DNA of 64,000 bases. Origin: Nitrosarchaeum sp. (lineage in GTDB: Archaea; Thermoproteota; Nitrososphaeria; Nitrososphaerales; Nitrosopumilaceae). This document shows positions 20,368-30,776 of the stretch, piece by piece; the first letter of the stretch is position 1; the number at the start of each line of letters is the position of its first letter. Position numbers and translations under genes: made by a program. A model generated the notes under the pieces. The model was given only the letters and a program-made list of their open reading frames with translations, searched no databases and was not told the DNA's origin. The stretch covers positions 288,001 to 352,000 of the forward strand of contig OZ245020.1 of NCBI GenBank assembly GCA_965223865.1, read 5' to 3'.

Positions 20368-21330
20368 TTATAATTCTCGAATTGCTTGTTCTATAATTCC
20401 TCTGTCAGTGGCTCTAGGAAATAATTTCAGATATGTTTTAAGATCATCTATTGCCCCAGAATTTTTGTTTAGCTTTTCTCTTATGTATGCTCGATTCTTG
20501 TAAATTTTTGCAGATCTTTTTGGATTAAGTCTTATTGCTTTATTGTAAGAATCTTCGGCTTTTTCAAATTGATTAGATTTAAGATAAAAATTCCCCATTC
20601 CATTGTAGGATAGATACGATTTGTCATTGAGTTTAAGGGATTTTTCATAAAAGTTTAGGCAATCAGGGGAATTTTGTTCATTTAGCATTGCGCCCATTAG
20701 ATTCATTGCCGTTGAATTGTTTTGATCAATTTCAATTGCTTTTTCTAGAGATTTAATTGCTTCATCATTATTTTTTTGAATATTAAATTTCTCAGAAAGT
20801 AAACATAGTCTATTTGATTTTTCAAATGATTCATTTTCCAATTTGATAGAAGATAAAATTTCAGAAGGTGCTAATATGATCAATAATTTTCCTTCCTCAG
20901 ACCACTCTTTTTCAAATAAATTCTGGGGAATAGCTCCTTCTTGCTGTTCGCCTTCTTTATTTCCCTTCTGAACATAATGAAGAATAGTCTTGTCTTCATC
21001 ATTGTAACCAGTAATTACTGATGCGTGCTGTGTAATTTCTGGGATTCCTGGAAGAAGAACAATTGGAGGAATTCCTGAATCAATAATTTTTTTTAGTTCA
21101 GTTAAATTAGAACGAATTATCTTACATTCAAGACCCTGTCTCTCAGCAGATTCAATTCCTTCAATCAAGATACTTCCAGTATAACCCGAATATTGCTTTG
21201 CAATTTCCTCAGCTTCTGCCATTGACAATTCAACATTCCAATATTTTGAGACAACATTGATAGGAAGAGGAAGACAGATATTTTCTTCATCAACTAGAGG
21301 TAACAAAAGTTCATGATCAGACTGTTCCAT
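20368..21330 (-). CDS. C39-like cysteine peptidase domain plus TPR repeats
   Basis: ENICLP (Cys), QHASVITGY (His), C-terminal TPRs; start placed at ATG 21330. Confidence 0.75.
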   Translation of the reverse strand: MEQSDHELLLPLVDEENICLPLPINVVSKYWNVELSMAEAEEIAKQYSGYTGSILIEGIESAERQGLECKIIRSNLTELKKIIDSGIPPIVLLPGIPEITQHASVITGYNDEDKTILHYVQKGNKEGEQQEGAIPQNLFEKEWSEEGKLLIILAPSEILSSIKLENESFEKSNRLCLLSEKFNIQKNNDEAIKSLEKAIEIDQNNSTAMNLMGAMLNEQNSPDCLNFYEKSLKLNDKSYLSYNGMGNFYLKSNQFEKAEDSYNKAIRLNPKRSAKIYKNRAYIREKLNKNSGAIDDLKTYLKLFPRATDRGIIEQAIREL

Positions 21331-21363
21331 GAAAAATAAAATTTTTAGAGTTATTAAAACCAA

Positions 21364-21906
21364 TCAGAGAGAACAGAATTTTTCAATTAAATGATAGCCA
21401 TCGTTACTCATTTCAGGATGAAATTGAGTTCCAAATATTGGCTTTTTTTTATATTGAATAATTTCATACTTGCAGTTATCAGATTCTCCTATGGATATTA
21501 TTGGATCCGGTAGTTTTGAAATCTCAAAACTATGACTTTCAAAAACTTGTAAATTATTATTGCAAATCATATTTTCTTTGACAATTTTTACATTTTCGTT
21601 ACCTTTTTGAGGTAAATGAGTTTTTTTTATTGTACCACCTAAAGTGAGAGCTAAAATTTCAGCACCATAACAAATTCCTAATAATTTTTTTCCATGTTTT
21701 ATTGAATGTAAAACTATTTTGGAATTTATTTTATTTGTCTTTTGTTCATTTTTTCTTCTTCCTGATAAAATAAAAGAGTCATATTTTTCAAGATTTTCTA
21801 AGTTTAAATAATCAGGAGTTTGTTTTTCAAATTGGATATTTTTTTTGTTTAGAAAATTTATAAGATTTTTTGTATAAACAGAACCATTATCAACTACTAG
21901 TAACAT
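21364..21906 (-). CDS. Stand-alone class I glutamine amidotransferase (GMP synthase subunit A-like)
   Basis: VVDNGS, LGICYG, ESHS, GTQFHPE triad. Confidence 0.85.
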   Translation of the reverse strand: MLLVVDNGSVYTKNLINFLNKKNIQFEKQTPDYLNLENLEKYDSFILSGRRKNEQKTNKINSKIVLHSIKHGKKLLGICYGAEILALTLGGTIKKTHLPQKGNENVKIVKENMICNNNLQVFESHSFEISKLPDPIISIGESDNCKYEIIQYKKKPIFGTQFHPEMSNDGYHLIEKFCSL

Positions 21907-21966
21907 GATTGTTATCTAAAAAATAGATAATTTAGTATTTTTTAAAGTAAAAAAAGGATAGTGTTG

Positions 21967-24828
21967 TTAGCTACCCACTTCGATGGAGACGTAATGTATC
22001 TCAGGTATACTGTCTTTTACAACAATTGTACCTATGTTGAGATTATTTTCCTCTTGCCACATGAAAACTCTATCACTTCTTGGTTTGACAAAGTCATCAA
22101 TGAAGTTATTCAAGAATTCTTCAGTTTCTGATTTATCATTTTCAGTAAAGAAGAAAATCTCTCCTTCATTGAAAGACAATGGAACCTGAATTGATGTGGG
22201 TTCTGAAATAGTAATTCCTTCTTCAGTAAATATCAATTTTATTATATCGACTCTATCGTCTTTATCTAATTCAATATAGTCTGAATCAACTGTAGTCGAA
22301 GAAGGTGCAACACCTGATACTTTTTTCAGATATGCCTCAAATGCTTCTTCTTGAGTATCTCCCAATCCTACATAATATTCTCCAGTAAATGCAGCACCAA
22401 CTGCTGCAATAGTTCCTAATTGAGCAACAACTCCTCCTGCACCTGCAGTATAAACAGGAATAAAGTAAACATCATGGTCACCTACACGATATAGTATGTT
22501 ATCTCCGATTCTTGGATTTCTCAAAAGTGTCTTTAGTTGAGCAAACTCTGGGTCTCTATCTAGTGCTTCTCTAACTGCTGTTGGGCCAATTAATTTTGTA
22601 GTAGAGTTTAGTGGAACTTCATAGAATTGCAAGTTACCTAGATTTGTTAGGTCATTTTGGACTACCATATATCCTGCTAAGTTTCGTCCTTGAGAACCTC
22701 TTAATTCCAATGATAAAAGACCTAGGAAGTTAGTTTCTTCAAAACCAGGTGGTTTTGCTTCAACATAATATGTGTCTAGTCCGGTAGGAATTTCATAGAA
22801 TTGATTAGCCTGAATAAAGGTCTCTACATCAGTTACATGGTAAATATTGTACATTTCTGTTTTCCAATTAAATAATTCAACTGGATATCTGATTTGTTCC
22901 TCAAGCCATGTTGGCATAGGTTGGAATTGTTCAGAGTATTGACTGGAAAACATTTCAGTAAAGAAATCATCACCAGTTTTTAACAATTGAATTTCTCCGT
23001 TATACGAATCAATCAAGGCATATCCTACTAATCTCAAATATGGATTTCCGACAGACCATGGAACATCTTGCGTGTCAAATCCAATAATTAATGGAACCAA
23101 CCAGTAAGAATTATTGCCATTAGTTACAGGAAGAGAATCAAGTTCTCTACCAAAAAGATCATAGAGGAAATAAGGGTACAAAGTTTCCATTCTGTCATTG
23201 ACATCCTTGTATCTCATAATATGGACAGCATCTCCTGGAAATGATAGCAAGAAGTTAGGCTCAAATATCCAGCTAAGAGGTGGGGGAACATCCAAGCCGC
23301 CAGCTCCTGAATAAAATGCTTCACCTAATTCGGCACTTGTGTCACCACGAGAAGTTGGATATGCAGACCATGTTTGTTCAAACAATCCACCTTCGCCATA
23401 ATAGATCTCTCTTTGTTTGAAAAATGTACTACTATCTACAATCTGGCCATCAGTGGCTTCTAATGTCAAAAATGCATTTGGTACATGAGTGTACACCAAA
23501 TGTTCATTATACCATCTATTTTCAAGGCTGACAGTTGTAGGCAAGATTGGTTTCATAGATGCCGTCCAGTATAGTGTATTATTAAAACGAAGAATATCAT
23601 TGTCCTCAAAATCTACATATGGAATCAAGCCAATTTCTGGCTTTAGTTTAGCAAATGCTGCTTGCCAGTCCCATACCCTGATAACATCTAGAACATCGCT
23701 GTTTTTATCAACATAATTATTAATATTATTTGGAGATACTGATTGTAATTTAACATCATGAATGTTTTCCTCAATGTTGTTTAACTCACCCAGATAACGA
23801 TTGACGCCAATCTGCTGGGCGGTATATGGTCCCAAAAATTCAATCTTTCTGGCATCAGCAATGCTGTTATTTACTCCTACAACACTTGCAATGATTAAAG
23901 CAATTGCAAAAATTGTTGCCAAGCGAATAATAACATCACGTTTGAACATGTGAGTTAAAACACGAGCTCTGATTTTGTCAATTACTGAAAATGCAATTAA
24001 TGCAAATCCGATTACTAAAATCCCACCTATAACATATCTAGTATTGTAATCAATTTGATCAGTAAAGAAAAGATTGAAGCCTGCCCATAAAACACCAATT
24101 CCTAAAATGGCTTCAATAGTTGAGACATAGTTAAGGTATCTTGGCTTTCCTTCGTTAGAGTCTTTGATGAAAGAAGTAAATACATCGATTATTCTATGAA
24201 TTCCAACATACAAAACAAGTCTAAGTCCTATTGCTGCTAATATTGGTGGAATTAGAATTACAAGAGCAGGAATCATTGGAACAACTTTTTCAGCTGCATA
24301 GTTTGGATCAGTATCAGGTGTAACAAATGGTAACGAGAATAAGTTAGGTAAGTTTTCTATTCCTAAATCATTTCCATCAAGAAATGCCATAGCTGCAAAA
24401 CCAAACATGATATTTGCAAAGAATGCACCAAAAAGGAAGATCTTGGTAATTTGCCAAATTACAAATTGGGGTGGACTAAGTTTGTAATCTCTAAAACTTT
24501 GTATGCTTGCAGAGATGTTTTGCTGGGAACCACGTCTGAGAAAGCCTATTGCAGAGTTTATACCATACCAAAATATTGAAGATCTAGATCCAATGTTTAC
24601 TCTAACCAAAGCAATTGCTGATAAAATTACAGTTGAAACTAGTGTGTAAAAGAGAGGTTTTGTGAATCGATCACCGAATTCTGTAAAATTCATCGATAAA
24701 ATTACAGCCTGGTTACCTACAATAGCAAAAATTGCAATACCGATTACAGCAACTATTCCTAATCTTATGTATTTTCCAGCATCAGGAGGTGGAGCTTGCT
24801 TATCAGTAGAGGCGCTATACAAAATCAA
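21967..24828 (-). CDS. UPF0182-family membrane protein
   Basis: Multiple N-terminal TM helices; IRVWD, HLVYTH, IYYGE, IRYP, motifs recalled for UPF0182. Confidence 0.85.
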   Translation of the reverse strand: MILYSASTDKQAPPPDAGKYIRLGIVAVIGIAIFAIVGNQAVILSMNFTEFGDRFTKPLFYTLVSTVILSAIALVRVNIGSRSSIFWYGINSAIGFLRRGSQQNISASIQSFRDYKLSPPQFVIWQITKIFLFGAFFANIMFGFAAMAFLDGNDLGIENLPNLFSLPFVTPDTDPNYAAEKVVPMIPALVILIPPILAAIGLRLVLYVGIHRIIDVFTSFIKDSNEGKPRYLNYVSTIEAILGIGVLWAGFNLFFTDQIDYNTRYVIGGILVIGFALIAFSVIDKIRARVLTHMFKRDVIIRLATIFAIALIIASVVGVNNSIADARKIEFLGPYTAQQIGVNRYLGELNNIEENIHDVKLQSVSPNNINNYVDKNSDVLDVIRVWDWQAAFAKLKPEIGLIPYVDFEDNDILRFNNTLYWTASMKPILPTTVSLENRWYNEHLVYTHVPNAFLTLEATDGQIVDSSTFFKQREIYYGEGGLFEQTWSAYPTSRGDTSAELGEAFYSGAGGLDVPPPLSWIFEPNFLLSFPGDAVHIMRYKDVNDRMETLYPYFLYDLFGRELDSLPVTNGNNSYWLVPLIIGFDTQDVPWSVGNPYLRLVGYALIDSYNGEIQLLKTGDDFFTEMFSSQYSEQFQPMPTWLEEQIRYPVELFNWKTEMYNIYHVTDVETFIQANQFYEIPTGLDTYYVEAKPPGFEETNFLGLLSLELRGSQGRNLAGYMVVQNDLTNLGNLQFYEVPLNSTTKLIGPTAVREALDRDPEFAQLKTLLRNPRIGDNILYRVGDHDVYFIPVYTAGAGGVVAQLGTIAAVGAAFTGEYYVGLGDTQEEAFEAYLKKVSGVAPSSTTVDSDYIELDKDDRVDIIKLIFTEEGITISEPTSIQVPLSFNEGEIFFFTENDKSETEEFLNNFIDDFVKPRSDRVFMWQEENNLNIGTIVVKDSIPEIHYVSIEVGS

Positions 24829-24915
24829 GGTTCGTTATGGCTTGGTAAATTAATGTCTTACCAGTAAAAAAGAAGTTTCAGCATTACATTTTAGTAATAT
24901 AACTCTACAAAAAAT

Positions 24916-26037
24916 TCAGGAAATTGTAGCCAGATTTTTACAAATCATGTATGCTGCTGCATAGGTTGGAATGTGGACTTTGTCATTTTCATAGGGACCA
25001 AATTTTCTATTTTTTAGCTTAAATTCAATCGGACAATTTGCAATTATTTCTATGGTTTCTTCACTAAGAAAAGAGGCTTGCACATATGGGTCAAATTTTG
25101 AAATATCTTTACAATAAATTTTTGTCAAACCACTCTTACTGTTAAGAGATCCTGGAAGTCTAAAGATTCTGTGAATGTCCATTGTAACATTAGGATCAAT
25201 TCTTACACCAATTCTAGAAGAAAGATCTTTCAAATTTTGTTGAAAAGACGGATATCCATTTACTAGGAGTTCTGTAATAATTTTTGAGCGCCTTGATTTT
25301 GAACCAAAAATTTCTTTTGAAAATCTTTTTCTCCATCCTTTTTCATCAAAATCTGGAAATGAAGATCTGTTTGGTTTGAATTTTTTCATTCCAAAAGTTT
25401 CAGGAATTGCTCCATTGAATAAAAAATAGTCAACAAGCTCTGATCTTTCCCTAGAGCCAAGATCTTGAAATTGTGAGTTGTAAACATATACATGAAAACC
25501 CTCATTTCCTGAAAAGTAAACATCGATGTTTTTCTTGTCAATAGCAAAATCTTCAATTAAAATATCTGATAATTTTTTGACTTCAATTTTAGAACCTTCA
25601 ATACAGTTTTTACATGGAAGAGATTTTTTTTCAAATTTTGTTGAATTACATTTTGAACATTGGATGCTATTTTTTGAAATTGTATTACAATTATTGCATA
25701 TAGATACAGTATGATTTATTCTACACTCAAGATTAAGATCTTTTGAATCAATATCAAATATCAGATCTGCTTCCTTCCAATCTTTTTCATTCATTGGAAG
25801 ATTTGGAAAAGAATAGTATGCATTAGAACAATAAACATCTGAAGGAGTATTTTTCATCAATAATAGATGGAGTTCTTTATCATCTTTCAAAGATATGTGT
25901 CGAGTCATTCCTGAGCTAAATTTTTGATAACCGAATTCTCTTTCGGATGTTCTTTTAGGAACATGTATTTGTTCAAAATGCTCAAAATAGTATTTTTTGA
26001 AGATGCCTTCAAGAAATTTTACATCATTTTCATTCAT
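24916..26037 (-). CDS. priS: DNA primase small (catalytic) subunit
   Basis: REFG, DLIFDID, FSGNEGFH, IDPNVTMDIHRIFRLPGSLN. Confidence 0.95.
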   Translation of the reverse strand: MNENDVKFLEGIFKKYYFEHFEQIHVPKRTSEREFGYQKFSSGMTRHISLKDDKELHLLLMKNTPSDVYCSNAYYSFPNLPMNEKDWKEADLIFDIDSKDLNLECRINHTVSICNNCNTISKNSIQCSKCNSTKFEKKSLPCKNCIEGSKIEVKKLSDILIEDFAIDKKNIDVYFSGNEGFHVYVYNSQFQDLGSRERSELVDYFLFNGAIPETFGMKKFKPNRSSFPDFDEKGWRKRFSKEIFGSKSRRSKIITELLVNGYPSFQQNLKDLSSRIGVRIDPNVTMDIHRIFRLPGSLNSKSGLTKIYCKDISKFDPYVQASFLSEETIEIIANCPIEFKLKNRKFGPYENDKVHIPTYAAAYMICKNLATIS

Positions 26038-27063
26038 TTAGTTTCTCTTTTTTCCAAATTGAAGGGGGCTTATGATATTATCACATTCTGGAATCGCAAA
26101 ACAAAGATTTTGTGTTTTTAATTTTTCACAAGAAGGGCATGAATATTGTGTACCACTGCCAGAAGTTCCTGCCAGATGATTTAACTGATAGAGTGTGACT
26201 CTTTCATTGAAATCTGGTGCATTTTTGAATAATGGAGCAATTTGCTGTACAGATTGTCCCTTTGAAAGCAAAAATGTTGCAAGCATGAATCTACCTGAAT
26301 GTGGTAAATTTTCTCCTTTTTCTAGTATTTCTATTGCATGTTTGATACATGGTGGGTATTCTCCTGTAGTAACAGTAAATGTTACAAATTTTTTTGATAA
26401 AGACAATAATTTGTTTACAGGATCTTCAAAACCTGGGATCATTGATGGTGTTTTTGCGTTAATAATTTTAGAGTTGATATATGTTCCAAGCTCTTTTCGA
26501 ATAAGTCTTACAATTTCATGAGAATTAAGAAAAACTTGACCATTTTCAACATGTCTGTTGATTAGTTTCCATTCTCTCTCATGAAAATTAATTGAATGTT
26601 TTAGATAATCTGAAACAGGAATAACAAAGTAATCATCTTGTTTTTTTACCTGAACTGAAAACAAATCATCTATGACTCTAATTGCGAGTTCTTTTTTTGA
26701 TTTATCCGAGATATTAGCTAAATCTTTTTCCAAGTATTTTTCTGCTCGTCTGGCTTCTGCAAGAGCAAATCTTTTGATTAAAGTATTCATCCCACTTAAT
26801 TTTAAAAGAACTATGGCTAAGAGAAAAGAGAAAACTTCTCTAGGAAGTGCAGCTTCTTTTGATACTTGGTCCTCTATTAAATCAGATTTGTATATTTTTC
26901 CATCAGCGGCTACTTGTATTCTATCAAATGCTTTGTCGATTAGAGATTTGAGATCAGGATCGCTTCCAAATTGTTCTAAGGTAAAACCTTTATCTTTTAG
27001 ATATTGACCAGCATCTGCCAGAAAAGGATACTTTGCAACCTCATCCTGACCTAATGCAAGCAT
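26038..27063 (-). CDS. priL: DNA primase large subunit
   Basis: KYPFL, YPPCI, HSGRF, YQLNH, PSCEKL..C Fe-S motif; adjacent to priS. Confidence 0.93.
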   Translation of the reverse strand: MLALGQDEVAKYPFLADAGQYLKDKGFTLEQFGSDPDLKSLIDKAFDRIQVAADGKIYKSDLIEDQVSKEAALPREVFSFLLAIVLLKLSGMNTLIKRFALAEARRAEKYLEKDLANISDKSKKELAIRVIDDLFSVQVKKQDDYFVIPVSDYLKHSINFHEREWKLINRHVENGQVFLNSHEIVRLIRKELGTYINSKIINAKTPSMIPGFEDPVNKLLSLSKKFVTFTVTTGEYPPCIKHAIEILEKGENLPHSGRFMLATFLLSKGQSVQQIAPLFKNAPDFNERVTLYQLNHLAGTSGSGTQYSCPSCEKLKTQNLCFAIPECDNIISPLQFGKKRN

Positions 27064-27154
27064 ATTACTGATTAACTATATTTACATAAAAATCTGGTTT
27101 CGAGATCCAGATGTAAATGCTGATTTAAATAATGTTTAGATAAATTTTTCATAA

Positions 27155-27994
27155 ATGCGGATTGGTTGTCATGTATCAATTTCGGGCTCTATTGACAAGT
27201 CAGTTGATAATGCAGTAGAAAGAGAATGTTCAGCTTTTCAAATTTTCACAAGGAATCCTAGAGGATGGCATGCAAAGGATCTAACAGAAGAGAATATAAC
27301 AAATTTTCAGACTAAGCTGAAAAATAGCAAAATTGACAGGATGGCCACATGTGCTCACATGCCGTATTTACCAAATTTAGCCACTCCAAAGGAAGATGGA
27401 TTTGAAAAATCGGTCAAGACATTGATTAGTGAAATTGGAAGGTGTGGAAAACTAGGAATTCCATACCTTGTAACTCATTTAGGTAGTCATTTAGGAACTG
27501 GAGAAGAAGAAGGAATTAAACGACTTGTTAAAGGACTTACAAAAGCAGGCCAAACAAAAAATGATGTCATGATTTTACTAGAAAACACAGCTGGTCAGAA
27601 AAATTCTGTTGGTGCTGATTTTGAACAGCTTGCACAGATTTACAACCAATTAAAACCTTCAAAGAAATTTGGAGTTTGCTTTGATACATGTCATGCATTT
27701 GTGTCAGGATATGATTTAAGAACTGAAAAAAATGTGAAAGATACTTTTTCAAAATTTGATGATTCAGTTGGTATGGAAAATTTGAAAATTGTACATCTTA
27801 ATGATGCTAAGGGAGAAATAGGTTGTAATTTAGATAGACATTATCATATCGGACTAGGAAATATTGGAGAAAAAGGTCTGGGAGCGGTGGTTAAAATTGT
27901 AAATAAGAAGAAAATACCAATAATTTTAGAGACTCCAATTGATGATGTCCGAGATGATTTTGGGAATATCAGAGTTGCAAAGGAACTTGCGTAG
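27155..27994 (+). CDS. nfo: Endonuclease IV
   Basis: IGCHVS, HMPYLPNL, LENTAG, CFDTCH, HLND, DRH, LETP. Confidence 0.95.
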   Translation: MRIGCHVSISGSIDKSVDNAVERECSAFQIFTRNPRGWHAKDLTEENITNFQTKLKNSKIDRMATCAHMPYLPNLATPKEDGFEKSVKTLISEIGRCGKLGIPYLVTHLGSHLGTGEEEGIKRLVKGLTKAGQTKNDVMILLENTAGQKNSVGADFEQLAQIYNQLKPSKKFGVCFDTCHAFVSGYDLRTEKNVKDTFSKFDDSVGMENLKIVHLNDAKGEIGCNLDRHYHIGLGNIGEKGLGAVVKIVNKKKIPIILETPIDDVRDDFGNIRVAKELA

Positions 27995-28026
27995 AAATTT
28001 ATTCGGATATTTTAGGGAGTGATTAG

Positions 28027-29484
28027 TTGAATTATGAAGATGTAATGAAATTAGCACTCGAGCGTGGATTTTATTTTCCAAGCTGTGAGGTATATGGTGA
28101 TGCCCAAGCTGGATTTTGGGAATATGGACCATCTGGCGTTAGTTTGAAAAATAAGTTCTTAGAATTATGGAGAAGAGAGTTAATTCGACGAGATGGTATG
28201 CTTGAGATTGATGGTTCTCAAATAATGTCTAAATCAGTCTTTGAAGCATCAGGTCATTTAGGAAGCTTTGCAGATCCCATCATAAAATGTAGAAAATGTA
28301 AATCTACCTTTAGGGCAGACAGAACAATAGCTGAGATTTCAAATATTGGGATTCCTGAAAGTGCAGATTTAGTAGAATTTGATAATGCCATTTCACAAAA
28401 CAATATCAAATGTCCAAAATGTAAAGGAGATTTTGAAAATACTAAAAAATTTAACATGATGTTTAGAGTTGGAATAGGACCGGAAGAAGAAGAGGCATAT
28501 CTAAGGCCAGAAACATGCCAATCGATATTTGTTGATTTTCCAAGATTGTTTAAGACAATGCGTGGGAAATTACCATTGGGTATTGCTCAGATTGGAAAAA
28601 GTTTTAGAAATGAGATTTCACCACGTCAAAGTTTGCTTCGTCTTAGAGAGTTTTATCAGGCAGAAATTGAAGTGTTCTGTAATCCCTCAAAATTAAATGA
28701 TGTGGAAAATTTTTCAGAGATTCAAGACACTGTAATCAGAATCCAAACTGATTCTGAATTAATTGCTATGTCGTGTAAAGAAGCAGTTGAATCAAAAACT
28801 ATTCCAAATAAGTTTGTGGCGTATTATTTGGGAATGTTAACAGAATTTTATGAAAAAACAGGCATTGACATTTCAAAAAGTAGATTCAGAAAGCTTGGTG
28901 ATAAAGAAAAAGCCTTCTACGCTAAAGTTGCATTTGATTTTGAAGTAGATACAACAATTGGTTGGCTTGAGCTTGTCGCATGTAATTATAGATCAGATTA
29001 TGATCTTTCAAGTCATGCTAAGAAAAGTAAAGAAAAATTTGAAGTGATGGATAATGACCAAAAAGTACTTCCACATGTCTTTGAAATTTCAATGGGAATT
29101 GATAGAAGCTTATACACAATTATCGAGCATTGTCTTAATGACGATAAGGAGCATGAAAGAATTGTATTATCTCTAAAGCCATATTTATCTCCAATTCATG
29201 TAGGTGTTTTATCTTTAGTAAAAAAAGATGGATTAAAAGAAAAAACTGATGAAATTTATCTTAAAATTAAAAGAAAGTTTGATGCATTTTTAGACCATTC
29301 TGGAGCAATAGGAAGAAGATATCGTAGATTAGATGAGATTGGATCTCCATTTGCAATAACAATTGATCATCAGACTTTGGAGGATGAAACAGTAACGATT
29401 AGAAAGAGAGATTCTATGGAACAAACCAGGATAAAGATTTCAGAAATTGATTCTGTTTTATCAGAATCTACAACCTACCCATAA
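28027..29484 (+). CDS. glyS: Glycine-tRNA ligase, homodimeric type
   Basis: YLRPETCQ, FRNEISPRQ..LRLREFYQAEIE, IGRRYRR.DEIG. Confidence 0.95.
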   Translation: MNYEDVMKLALERGFYFPSCEVYGDAQAGFWEYGPSGVSLKNKFLELWRRELIRRDGMLEIDGSQIMSKSVFEASGHLGSFADPIIKCRKCKSTFRADRTIAEISNIGIPESADLVEFDNAISQNNIKCPKCKGDFENTKKFNMMFRVGIGPEEEEAYLRPETCQSIFVDFPRLFKTMRGKLPLGIAQIGKSFRNEISPRQSLLRLREFYQAEIEVFCNPSKLNDVENFSEIQDTVIRIQTDSELIAMSCKEAVESKTIPNKFVAYYLGMLTEFYEKTGIDISKSRFRKLGDKEKAFYAKVAFDFEVDTTIGWLELVACNYRSDYDLSSHAKKSKEKFEVMDNDQKVLPHVFEISMGIDRSLYTIIEHCLNDDKEHERIVLSLKPYLSPIHVGVLSLVKKDGLKEKTDEIYLKIKRKFDAFLDHSGAIGRRYRRLDEIGSPFAITIDHQTLEDETVTIRKRDSMEQTRIKISEIDSVLSESTTYP

Positions 29485-29557
29485 ATAATTTAAAATTTTG
29501 AAAAGTCAAAGATTTTAGTCAGAAGTGAATTTAAAAATTAATATTCTTTTAATCTAG

Positions 29558-30727
29558 GTGAAAATAAGAAGCATGAGAATGGAAAACCCCCAGGTATCAA
29601 TAATTGTTCCAACATATAATGAATCACAAAATATTATTGATATGCTAAAGTCTATAAGAAAATGTATGCCTGATGGTTTTTTTGCAGAGACTATTGTAGT
29701 TGATGACAATTCTCCAGACGGCACTGGCAAAATCGTTGAAGACTATATCTCAAATTTAAAGAAATTTACTGAAAATAAAATTAGTATTATTCATAGAAAA
29801 GCAAAGGATGGATTAGCATCTGCCATTTTAAATGGAATACAAAATGCTAGTGCCGATACAATTGTAGTGATGGATTCTGATTTTTCTCATCCCCCACAAA
29901 TAATACCTAAACTTGTTTCGGCAATTAAACAATATCAATATGATATAGCTATAGCATCTAGATATGTAAAAGGTGGAGCAGTTGAAGGCTGGTCCCTAAA
30001 AAGAAAAATTATTAGTAAAGTTGCCACTCTAATTGCAAGAAAAAGTTTAGGAGTAAAAAGCTATGATCCAATGTCAGGATTTTTCGCATTTAGAAAAAAT
30101 CTCATCAAGGGACTAAGTTTTGATGCTTTAGGTTACAAAATTCTTCTGGAATTATTGGTTAAAACAAAAGGTGTAAAAATACAAGAAATACCTTATACAT
30201 TTCAGGACAGAAAATTTGGTTCAAGTAAACTTGATTCCTCTACTGTGATTGATTATATCAAGTCGGTATTCAAATTATACAAATATGGAAAAATTACCGA
30301 AAAACAAGAAAGAAGACCTTCTGTAAGATTTTTCTCAAAAGCTGCAAGATTTTTTACTGTTGGCGCCTCAGGATTGGGCGTAAATTATCTGGTTTCTTTG
30401 TTATTTGCAGATGGAATTTCAAATTTATGGTATATTCATGCAACTACAATAGGAATTGTTACTTCAATGACTACGAATTTTATTTTAAATAAAGTTTGGA
30501 CCTTTAGTGATAGAGACTTTTCATTACTCAAAACTCTAAAACAATATGGAAAATTTGTCGCATTTAGTTCTCTTGGGGCATTATTACAGTTAGGAATAGT
30601 GTTCTATCTTGTGGATATGCAAAATATTTCATATCCAATTTCTCTTGTTGGAGCAGTAGGACTGGCAGCATTTGGAAACTTTGTTTTAAATAAAAAATGG
30701 ACTTTTAAAGAAAAATTGTGGAGTTAA
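29558..30727 (+). CDS. GT2 polyprenol/dolichol-phosphate glycosyltransferase fused to a GtrA-like TM domain
   Basis: IVPTYNE, VDDNSPDGT, MDSDFSHPP, DPMSGFF; C-terminal GtrA NF.LNK.WTF. Confidence 0.9.
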   Translation: MKIRSMRMENPQVSIIVPTYNESQNIIDMLKSIRKCMPDGFFAETIVVDDNSPDGTGKIVEDYISNLKKFTENKISIIHRKAKDGLASAILNGIQNASADTIVVMDSDFSHPPQIIPKLVSAIKQYQYDIAIASRYVKGGAVEGWSLKRKIISKVATLIARKSLGVKSYDPMSGFFAFRKNLIKGLSFDALGYKILLELLVKTKGVKIQEIPYTFQDRKFGSSKLDSSTVIDYIKSVFKLYKYGKITEKQERRPSVRFFSKAARFFTVGASGLGVNYLVSLLFADGISNLWYIHATTIGIVTSMTTNFILNKVWTFSDRDFSLLKTLKQYGKFVAFSSLGALLQLGIVFYLVDMQNISYPISLVGAVGLAAFGNFVLNKKWTFKEKLWS

Positions 30728-30776
30728 GAGATTCAGTAATAAAACAAAAATAATGACTGTCGTCTTTCCTAACTAG

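Noticed and set aside
20315-20503. 62-aa ORF
   Set aside because: Runs through tRNA-Gly and antisense to the TPR gene
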